The position numbers and the translations under genes are program-made. A stretch of 64,000 nt of DNA from a virus. Positions 16,801 to 23,981 of the stretch are shown here, in pieces (positions within the stretch are counted from its first letter, which is position 1; each line of letters opens with the position of its first letter). The notes under the pieces are model-generated. The model was not told the DNA's origin. It was given only the letters and a program-made list of their open reading frames with translations, and searched no databases. The stretch spans positions 17,367 to 81,366 of IMG/VR virus record IMGVR_UViG_3300020578_000040. One strand, written 5' to 3'.

Positions 16801-17104
16801 AGAGGACAATTTGAACTCTGCGGTAGACCATGTTGCGGAAACGATGAAACTTTCGCGCGTATCCAATATCGGTTCAAAGCCTGGAGCGCCGGCCTCGAAA
16901 CAAGTTCTGATACGCGCCATCGAGGGGGATCACCTCCGGTGGAAGGAAGCCGCAGAGAAGTCAGGCGTAACGCTGAGCGAGTTTATCCGCGAGGCTCTGA
17001 ATGCCGCCGCCAAAGACCTGCTCGAATGTTCCCATCCCTTGGAATACAGGAGATGGAATCTTCGCGGAGAACGCTGTCTAAAATGTGGGATGAAAATCCG
17101 CTAA
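16793..17104 (+). CDS. ribbon-helix-helix protein with C-terminal Zn finger
   Basis: VLIR...WKEAAEKSGVTLSEFIREAL; C.H...CLKC. Confidence 0.7.
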   Translation: MSEEDNLNSAVDHVAETMKLSRVSNIGSKPGAPASKQVLIRAIEGDHLRWKEAAEKSGVTLSEFIREALNAAAKDLLECSHPLEYRRWNLRGERCLKCGMKIR

Positions 17105-17143
17105 ATTCCTGGGAAAAACTGTAGAAAAATGTAGGTAAAAAAT

Positions 17144-17212
17144 ATGGATGTTTTACTTCTAACAATCTTTTGCATCGCCTCCTTCCTTATCGTTGACAGG
17201 ATCACCAAATGA
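17144..17212 (+). CDS. 22-aa hydrophobic micropeptide (not in ORF track)
   Basis: MDVLLLTIFCIASFLIVDRITK*; AGGT upstream; ATGA overlap with the next gene. Confidence 0.45.
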   Translation: MDVLLLTIFCIASFLIVDRITK

Positions 17213-17373
17213 ATCGCCCCGGCCGCAAGCCAACCAACAACCCAACGCTGACAATCAAACTGACGCCGAAGATTAAGCGACATCTTATTGAGGTTGCCAG
17301 CCTTAACGACATGTCGATCACCGAGTACCTGGTGACGCTGATCGAGCGCGACGCCGGCCAGTCACTACAGTAA
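17209..17373 (+). CDS. ribbon-helix-helix protein (54 aa, not in ORF track)
   Basis: PGRKP...LTIKL...KRHL...A....MSITEYLVTLIERD. Confidence 0.75.
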   Translation: MNRPGRKPTNNPTLTIKLTPKIKRHLIEVASLNDMSITEYLVTLIERDAGQSLQ

Positions 17374-17393
17374 GTAGTTGTAAAGTAATAACT

Positions 17394-17747
17394 ATGGGTA
17401 GGCAGCCACAAGTAGCCACCACAACTGGGACTGTCTACTTACAGTTACGAGTCCCAGGCTGGATGAAGAACAAGATCATCGAGCGGGCGGACGAACTCGA
17501 CACGAGTGTGAACGCTGTGCTCCTGTCCGCGGTGAAGAAGTGGCTCGAAGAGGACGGAGCGCTGCCGGCCCCACCCGTAGCGACGAGGCCACTACCGACG
17601 ACGGCTGACCAGATTCGAGCCTGGGCCACCGGTGAGAAGATCACCGGCCCCTGCGGTCAGACGAAGTGCCCCGCGCTGGACGAAGAAGGCCGCTGGCAGT
17701 CAGACGGAATGGGCTTCTGTACGCACTGCGGAATCCGGGTGCAATAG
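17394..17747 (+). CDS. ribbon-helix-helix protein with Zn finger
   Basis: LQLRVP.WMK..I..RA.ELDTSVNAVL; PC...C...CTHC. Confidence 0.75.
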   Translation: MGRQPQVATTTGTVYLQLRVPGWMKNKIIERADELDTSVNAVLLSAVKKWLEEDGALPAPPVATRPLPTTADQIRAWATGEKITGPCGQTKCPALDEEGRWQSDGMGFCTHCGIRVQ

Positions 17748-17758
17748 AATCAGTCGCC

Positions 17759-17842
17759 CCACATTTGCGCGATCGTCATCCACCAATTTCTGTTGAATGA
17801 GTTCCAATGGACTTACTACTCGACCACATTTGCGCGATCGTC
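17759..17842. repeat. 19-bp direct duplication flanking a 46-bp templated insert
   Basis: CCACATTTGCGCGATCGTC at 17759 and 17824; insert matches 29397-29427 and 9099-9115. Confidence 0.9.
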
Positions 17843-18129
17843 GGGCGGATCGGTGTGATCCCCCTCTTGCGCTGCTCGGCGGCCAACTGTCGCGGTGTCA
17901 GCCCTGCCCACACCCCATGCATATCCGCAGGTGGGAACTCCAGCGCGTAGTCCAGGCACAGGTCCTTCACCGGACAATGCTTACATATCTGGCGCGCTTT
18001 GGTGATGTACGTAATGTCCTTATACTCCTTCGGGAACATAAGGTCCGTCTTACCTCGGCAGTTAGCAAGGTGAGTCCATGTGGGTCTTTGTGGGAGCATG
18101 TGGTGGCCGGTGGGGGGTGGTGGTGACAA
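17776..18129 (-). CDS. whiB: WhiB-family transcription factor (C-terminus altered by the insert)
   Basis: W...ANCRG...F...ICKHCPV...CLDYAL...GVWAGLT; start may be ATG 18099. Confidence 0.9.
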   Translation of the reverse strand: MSPPPPTGHHMLPQRPTWTHLANCRGKTDLMFPKEYKDITYITKARQICKHCPVKDLCLDYALEFPPADMHGVWAGLTPRQLAAEQRKRGITPIRPTIAQMWSSSKSIGTHSTEIGG

Positions 18130-18166
18130 ATGGGGATTGCGTGTATATCTATTTTACGTATATTCC

Positions 18167-18487
18167 CTAGTTCATTCTAATTTGTTTGATTTTCTTGATC
18201 CAAGGTTTGGGGATGGTGATCCCATGCGCTAGGTGTGAGTCGTTGATGAGCGCCACAATCGTGATGTACGTATCCGTTTCGTGCCACAGGTATCCCAATG
18301 AAACAGACTTCGCCGGGGTCTGCTGTGTGGCTTCCTCCGGCGTAGCCCAATCATTCCCACCCACCGATACGGCGTCCTCCCACAGAATCTCGACAATCGG
18401 GAGTTTGCTCTTGTTCTCCCAGATGCTTACGAGAATCTCCTCTAGGTCTTGCTCCTTCTGGACCAGATTGCGTTTGGCGCGCTTCAT
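18167..18487 (-). CDS. conserved phage hypothetical protein
   Basis: IVEILWEDA...W...SLGYL...IP..WI pattern. Confidence 0.75.
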   Translation of the reverse strand: MKRAKRNLVQKEQDLEEILVSIWENKSKLPIVEILWEDAVSVGGNDWATPEEATQQTPAKSVSLGYLWHETDTYITIVALINDSHLAHGITIPKPWIKKIKQIRMN

Positions 18488-18495
18488 CGGTTCTC

Positions 18496-18924
18496 CTATG
18501 CCAGCGGTTGATTCAGTGCGATGTATTCAGCCTTCTCTCCTTGAGAGGGGCAGAGATTGGTGATTCCTGCTAGGACGATGGCGAAGTGTTGCCGGCGATC
18601 GAAGTCGTCAGTTCCCCCCTCGTTGATGCGCTCCACCACATCGGTGTCGCCCATTCCCTCGACCATCAACTCGCACCAGAGTTCTCCGTACCAGAGTTCG
18701 TCCTCGTCTGTGAGATTCGTGGGCCCGTCGTTGTAGTACACGACATCGTCGAAGAAGGCGAACTGTTCAGCCGTGTAGGTGACAGTCTCCTCGGGGAGGG
18801 TGATAACAACCGTTCTAGGTACGTCTGGATTTAACGGAACTAGGGTGGTCGTCGCCGGCGTTCGCTCGATCGCGCAGGCCGTGAGGGCCAGCATGGATAA
18901 TCCGAGTAATGTTTTTCTGTACAC
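18496..18924 (-). CDS. putative lipoprotein (DUF732-like)
   Basis: Signal peptide with LTAC lipobox; G..WC...LCP. Confidence 0.7.
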   Translation of the reverse strand: MYRKTLLGLSMLALTACAIERTPATTTLVPLNPDVPRTVVITLPEETVTYTAEQFAFFDDVVYYNDGPTNLTDEDELWYGELWCELMVEGMGDTDVVERINEGGTDDFDRRQHFAIVLAGITNLCPSQGEKAEYIALNQPLA

Positions 18925-18939
18925 AGTTTTTCTTTCTGG

Positions 18940-20160
18940 TTAGAGGATGTGTAGGTTTCCCCACCCATCGGGATGGACCGTGAAGGAGAGTGTCCCTGGT
19001 CGGGTCTTTACTCCCTTTGCGTCGGCGTAGTAATCTCCCACATTTGTGAGAGATGGACAAATTAACAGCGCTCGTCCTTCTTGCTCTTTTACATTGAGGT
19101 GGTGATAATGGCCAGTTACCAGGATATCTGCGTCTGCGATTCCTGGATATCCCCGGCCCATCGACTGGTCTTTCCACCAGTTCCATACGCCGTTAGCGGC
19201 GCCGCCCGCTGGTCGAGTGACGTGCCCGTGCGTCAACCCCAAAATAGTTCCGTTCAGATTTAACGAAAGGGCGACCTCATCGCGGGAGAGTCTGAATCCC
19301 ACATGCCCGTAAGCATCAGGATTAACTGACAGAATCTCGGCTACCTGCTCGAATACCGCCACATCGTCGTTGTCGTGGACTGATGTGATGTTCTTACCGT
19401 TTTGCCGGTTCTCCCCGTGGTTCCCTGGCACCGCGGCGACCAGCACCTTTTCGGCGTGGGGGGCCACACTCATGATGATGTCGCGCACACCCCGGCGAAC
19501 CAGTTTGATCTGGTCGCGTCGGTCGAGTTGTACCCGGAATTGCTGGGCCGCGTAGTGCCCGCAGGTTCCCTCTACGAGGTCTCCAAGTCCAAGAATCGCC
19601 ACTTGCCCGATGTCGCATCCAATACGACGTAAATCAGCGAGGCGCTGGGGCACGGACGATACGAGATCAGCAATTCGTCGGGCCTGCTCTTCGATGCCTC
19701 CACCGTCGCAGTTGCCGATCTGCCAATCTGACAAAGCAACGACAAAAGTGCCTGCCCCGGTTGGGGCTGGTTTGGCCGGCTTCTTGGCCTTACGAACCTC
19801 GCGATATACATCCTCGGGGATGACCCCGCCCGCTGATACCTTGCGGCGAATCTGAGCCTTAAACGAGTACAGAATGGCGCTATACGCTGACTCGCCCGGC
19901 GCATCTCGTTTCCAGCCGTCATACGAACACCAGCGAAGAGTGTCGCCAACGACTTCGAAAAGGTCGGGATCGAGGCCTCGGGCCCGGAGGATATCGTCCC
20001 ACTCCGAGGGAGGGGAGTCGAGGGGGTCAGTTGTGATCTCTCCCGTGCTCCCGTCCCATACGACGCCAGGCTGCCAGCCCGCTGGGTACTGCTTGTCCTT
20101 GCGTCCATCCGGTTCTTCATCGCGTCCCTCTAGTGCGGCTAGCCTGTCGTGCAAACTCAT
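18940..20160 (-). CDS. calcineurin-like metallophosphoesterase/nuclease
   Basis: SDWQIG, LGDLVEG, GNHGE, THGH, GHYHH. Confidence 0.85.
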   Translation of the reverse strand: MSLHDRLAALEGRDEEPDGRKDKQYPAGWQPGVVWDGSTGEITTDPLDSPPSEWDDILRARGLDPDLFEVVGDTLRWCSYDGWKRDAPGESAYSAILYSFKAQIRRKVSAGGVIPEDVYREVRKAKKPAKPAPTGAGTFVVALSDWQIGNCDGGGIEEQARRIADLVSSVPQRLADLRRIGCDIGQVAILGLGDLVEGTCGHYAAQQFRVQLDRRDQIKLVRRGVRDIIMSVAPHAEKVLVAAVPGNHGENRQNGKNITSVHDNDDVAVFEQVAEILSVNPDAYGHVGFRLSRDEVALSLNLNGTILGLTHGHVTRPAGGAANGVWNWWKDQSMGRGYPGIADADILVTGHYHHLNVKEQEGRALLICPSLTNVGDYYADAKGVKTRPGTLSFTVHPDGWGNLHIL

Positions 20161-20399
20161 TGGTTCTCCTTGCAAGCGCACCATCCACTACGGTGTGCGG
20201 TTAGTGATTCCCTGGCGATGCGGAATCCGGCGCCTCTCAGTTCCAAATGGATTTGTCTGATTGAGGCGCGCCCGGCGAGCAAACGCTTGAGAAGTTCGGC
20301 GGTCTGCTCATCCATCGAGTCGAGGATTCGCTTGACCGGACATACGTTCGGTTTACCGACACGTTCTTCGATGGCCTGAAGCCTGTCGTGCAAAGACAT
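20157..20399 (-). CDS. small Zn-binding phage protein
   Basis: C...HR...C.C; GAGGGG RBS. Confidence 0.75.
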   Translation of the reverse strand: MSLHDRLQAIEERVGKPNVCPVKRILDSMDEQTAELLKRLLAGRASIRQIHLELRGAGFRIARESLTAHRSGWCACKENQ

Positions 20400-20462
20400 A
20401 TTTCCCCTCACTGTGCGGAAACTGGCCGCGTCCACGGTCGTCTCCATTATAGTCTATGAACT

Positions 20463-20900
20463 ATGAGTGACGCTGTCCAGCAAGACCCTAACAATGAAAG
20501 CAACACAGGAAAGCGCGATCATGTTTTGCGCAACTCTATTGAAATTGCTGTTAGCGGAGTCGGCTCGCCGGAAGAGATCGCCGAAAGAATGTTGCGGTTG
20601 CTCGATGAGCGCAAACTGATTCAGTATGCGCCTAAGGAAACCCTGGCCCTGCTATCCGCCGCCGGTCGAGTGTTGCTCTGCCTGATCGAGAATCCTGGCT
20701 CAACGATCCGCGAAATCTCTGTTCGTCTGGGGATCACCGAAGCAAACGTCGGGAAAAGCATCGCTACGCTGGCAGAACATAAGATCATAGCAAGAACAAA
20801 AGTTAAGAACAAATACACCTACAATTTCAACGTCGAGGTCATGCTGAATCACCCTGATATACGCAGGTTCTACGAGGCGATTTCGCCCTTCTTCAAGTAG
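20463..20900 (+). CDS. MarR-like winged-helix protein
   Basis: ENPGSTIREISVRLGITEANVGKSIATL. Confidence 0.8.
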   Translation: MSDAVQQDPNNESNTGKRDHVLRNSIEIAVSGVGSPEEIAERMLRLLDERKLIQYAPKETLALLSAAGRVLLCLIENPGSTIREISVRLGITEANVGKSIATLAEHKIIARTKVKNKYTYNFNVEVMLNHPDIRRFYEAISPFFK

Positions 20901-20943
20901 ACCGATTGGCGCCATGGGTGATTACGTGCGTATGCTGAGCGGT

Positions 20944-21294
20944 ATGAACACAGATTTTCATAACCATTCTCGCGATATCATCCCCAGCGGCCTCACCCCG
21001 CCCAAGCCATACCAGCCCAGGAACCTGACGGACCGCCTGACGCCGGCCGCTCAGATGTATCGGGACGAGACCATCAGCGAGAACCAGCACGTCATTCAGC
21101 ATGTCATGAGCCAGATTGCGTCGGTGATGGAGAACTTCGAGCATTTAGTCAATGAGCGCTACGAGTTGGACATGTTGCTGATGAAGTCCTGCGACATCAT
21201 TGGGGAACTGCTACACGCCGTCAAGACTGGCGTTTCCGTGAGCGAGGACAAGGTCACCGCCGCCCAAGATTACCTGGAGATTTTTGGGTACTGA
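20944..21294 (+). CDS. hypothetical protein (leaderless)
   Basis: TATGCT 7 nt before ATG. Confidence 0.7.
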   Translation: MNTDFHNHSRDIIPSGLTPPKPYQPRNLTDRLTPAAQMYRDETISENQHVIQHVMSQIASVMENFEHLVNERYELDMLLMKSCDIIGELLHAVKTGVSVSEDKVTAAQDYLEIFGY

Positions 21295-21320
21295 CAGCCA
21301 CTGAGTTGTATGCTTGATGC

Positions 21321-21833
21321 ATGCCACAAGGACCAGGCAATCGCCCATGTTTTGGCTCCGAAAAGACCTGCGCTGATTGTGATGGCACCCCTCAGAATTG
21401 TTCGCTGAACTTTTGCACTGATCTGGGCATTCCCCCGGACATGGTGCCCAAGGTTGGGGAAACCGACAAGGTACATCTGAACCATGTTCAGGTTCTATCT
21501 GAATGGTTCCGTCAGCAGTATGGGTACACCAGTAAGAGCGAGTTGCTCCAACAGATTCCTGACATCACTCTCAGCAGCAAAAAAACCACTCGTAATGATT
21601 ACAGGGCTTTTCTCACTGAATGTGCATGGCAAATCGCTCATCTGGAGTTCATCATCCAGCGGATGTCGGAAGACTTTGCCGATCTCAGTATTCTGGCCGA
21701 GCGGATGGGGGATGCCCTGATGTCTGTGCAAATGACATCGCGCACCGAGGTTACAAACGCCCTTGCCGAGTGGACTGCCTTCCGCGAGTGGCTGTACGAT
21801 GATCAAGGTGACGACGATCAAGACGAAGATTAA
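21321..21833 (+). CDS. hypothetical protein (leaderless)
   Basis: TATGCT 6 nt before ATG; Cys-rich N-terminus. Confidence 0.7.
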   Translation: MPQGPGNRPCFGSEKTCADCDGTPQNCSLNFCTDLGIPPDMVPKVGETDKVHLNHVQVLSEWFRQQYGYTSKSELLQQIPDITLSSKKTTRNDYRAFLTECAWQIAHLEFIIQRMSEDFADLSILAERMGDALMSVQMTSRTEVTNALAEWTAFREWLYDDQGDDDQDED

Positions 21834-22101
21834 GCGCCCCAATCGAACCAAGATTGCCTACGGGTCGCGCAACCACACTTGTTTGATCTTTGCGCAGGTC
21901 ATGCGCTTCGGGACATTCACGCCGGCCCAAGCCTGGAATTGTTTTCCGGAGTTGAAGAAGGACACCTACGAGACCCGGCGCTCGCTACAGAACCTGGTAC
22001 GTCTGGGCCTCATTACTGAAACTGGCGACGAGGTATACAAGATCACTGCGCTGGGCCGGAACACCCTGCAGGATGTAGCCGCTACTAAGCGCAAACTGTA
22101 G
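21799..22101 (+). CDS. winged-helix-like protein
   Basis: RRSLQNLVRLGLI...YKITALGR. Confidence 0.65.
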   Translation: MIKVTTIKTKIKRPNRTKIAYGSRNHTCLIFAQVMRFGTFTPAQAWNCFPELKKDTYETRRSLQNLVRLGLITETGDEVYKITALGRNTLQDVAATKRKL

Positions 22102-22105
22102 CCCG

Positions 22106-22438
22106 CTAACCCTGAGTTGCCCTCCATGAGGCGTACATGTCGTCCGTGACAGGGATGACCCACACCTGGCATTCGTCAATGTGTTTGAGGGAGCCCTGAA
22201 CCGACCAGGCGATTCCTAGTTCTTCCTGTGGCGCACAACTACCGACATTGCAGTCGAGGCCATAGTTGTTCAGGAAGTAGGTAACGATGCACCCGCCGGC
22301 GTCCTCGTGGAAGCAGTCACTGTCTGGCGCCCCATTTGCGGGACAGTAAACCATGGTGATGTTCAGGTCTGCACCTGACAGTGTTAAATGTAGTACGTGG
22401 CCGTCGTCGTGCCACAGGTATTCGAGTTCACCGGCCAT
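22106..22438 (-). CDS. hypothetical Cys-containing protein
   Basis: 110 aa; TAGTAT 6 nt before ATG. Confidence 0.75.
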   Translation of the reverse strand: MAGELEYLWHDDGHVLHLTLSGADLNITMVYCPANGAPDSDCFHEDAGGCIVTYFLNNYGLDCNVGSCAPQEELGIAWSVQGSLKHIDECQVWVIPVTDDMYASWRATQG

Positions 22439-22447
22439 ACCGGAATA

Positions 22448-22834
22448 CTACTTGGTATCGAACCAGCCGCCGCGAGCCTCGCCGTTGTATTTGCGGGCCA
22501 GGCCGGCGTCGATGATGTCCTCATTTAGGCAAGCGGTCTTTTTCTCGTCAGAGTAAATCTCTGCCAGAATGCGTCCGAACTTTTCCTTCTTATCTTTGAC
22601 AGTCTTTACAAATACAGTGGGATGTCGGACTGTCCAGTCTTTGGTGTACGCCTTAGCCTGAAGGCCTAGTTCTTTCTCAGCCTTATTGCTTGTTCTGGAT
22701 TCTGGGGTGTTGATTCCGTGTAAGCGCACCCGCACCTGAAAGTGAACGTCGAATCCAAGGTCAACACTCAGGTCGAGGGTATCCCCATCGATGACGTCGA
22801 GAACTTTTGCGCTGTAAAAGAATCTATCCGACAT
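22448..22834 (-). CDS. thermonuclease (SNase family)
   Basis: VIDGDT, VRLHGINTPE, KFGRILA. Confidence 0.9.
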   Translation of the reverse strand: MSDRFFYSAKVLDVIDGDTLDLSVDLGFDVHFQVRVRLHGINTPESRTSNKAEKELGLQAKAYTKDWTVRHPTVFVKTVKDKKEKFGRILAEIYSDEKKTACLNEDIIDAGLARKYNGEARGGWFDTK

Positions 22835-22838
22835 TAGG

Positions 22839-23654
22839 TCAGCCGAACATCTTCTTCCAGGTCACCGGCCCAACAATACCGTCATCCTTGAGGCCGTTCG
22901 CTCGCTGCCAAGCCTTCAGGGCCTCGGCCGACTTGGGGCCGAAATCTCCGTCTGGCTTAGCGCCGATGATGGCTTGAACCAGTTTGGCGGCATCGCCCTT
23001 GGAGCCCTGCTTGACGGGGGTTCCGGGGTAGTCAAACCTCATACCCCCGCCGCCACCGGCAGGAGCAGCAGCAGCAGCAGCGGCGGGAGCAGGTGCGGCA
23101 GAGCCGTCGGGCGAAGCATCACCGAGCGCGTACTGCCAGTGCCAAGCCTCAAATTCCTTTGAGTTGCGGTCAGCGGTCTGGAGGTAGAAGCCGTACTTGG
23201 GAGCGTTGGCACACATCCAGTCGAAGCATGCGCCGCCCATCCCGGTCAGTTTCCCACCAACGTCGTAGCCGAGGTCGATGGCCAGGCCCCATCCATGGTT
23301 CGAGCCCTTCACCCCGGTGGGGTCTGGAGCCGCCGAAGGAGCCTTGCCCGGCTTGAGGTACCAGGTTTTCCCCTCATACTGACGGGTAACCTGAGGCTTG
23401 CGTCCTTGGTCAGTTGTGGTGTAGCGGTCCATGAACATCTTCAACTGCCCATCGAACGAACGGTAGTCACCGACATTCTTCAGTTTGAAGCCGGCAGCCA
23501 TCGCTGCGTCGTACATCTTGTCGAACTGAGCGGCCACAGGGGCATACATCAGTCCACCGGTCTTGATCTTGGCTAGCAAGTTTTGGGGCAACTGCCCGTT
23601 CTTGTGGGCCTTGAGCGCGGTAGGGACAACGAGTTTTACGAAGGGCAGGTTCAT
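22839..23654 (-). CDS. endolysin: M15/VanY-like peptidase + peptidoglycan-binding domain
   Basis: YRS, SNHGWGLAID, EAWHW; C-terminal DGDFGP...WQ...DGIVGP.TW. Confidence 0.9.
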   Translation of the reverse strand: MNLPFVKLVVPTALKAHKNGQLPQNLLAKIKTGGLMYAPVAAQFDKMYDAAMAAGFKLKNVGDYRSFDGQLKMFMDRYTTTDQGRKPQVTRQYEGKTWYLKPGKAPSAAPDPTGVKGSNHGWGLAIDLGYDVGGKLTGMGGACFDWMCANAPKYGFYLQTADRNSKEFEAWHWQYALGDASPDGSAAPAPAAAAAAAPAGGGGGMRFDYPGTPVKQGSKGDAAKLVQAIIGAKPDGDFGPKSAEALKAWQRANGLKDDGIVGPVTWKKMFG

Positions 23655-23656
23655 GA

Positions 23657-23860
23657 TTACTCCTCTGAGGTCTCCTCCATTGTACTATTTTCCTCCTTCT
23701 CCCCGGTGAAGGCCACGCTCAGGATGTGAACAGCCAGGGCCGCGACAGAAATCCAAAACGCCTGAGCCTGAACCTTTCCCGAGAGAGTGATGATGACGAC
23801 GGCCGTTCCTGCGAGGGTCCACGAGAGAGCGCCGGCTTCTGAGAGCAATTTCTTCAACAT
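23657..23860 (-). CDS. two-TM membrane protein (holin-like)
   Basis: Two hydrophobic helices directly upstream of the endolysin. Confidence 0.65.
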   Translation of the reverse strand: MLKKLLSEAGALSWTLAGTAVVIITLSGKVQAQAFWISVAALAVHILSVAFTGEKEENSTMEETSEE

Positions 23861-23981
23861 TTATTTTTCCTTCCGTGTCCGTGCGATTCGTACAATTACT
23901 ACACCTAATAGCCCCAATAGTGCTGCGACCACTACGGTTCCTGTGTCGCCGCCATGACAATCCCGTATTTGATGAGTTTCA

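Noticed and set aside
17759-17842. Mini-CRISPR (repeat-spacer-repeat with self-matching spacer)
   Set aside because: Only two 19-bp repeats, the repeat is whiB coding sequence, and there are no cas genes; better explained as a target duplication
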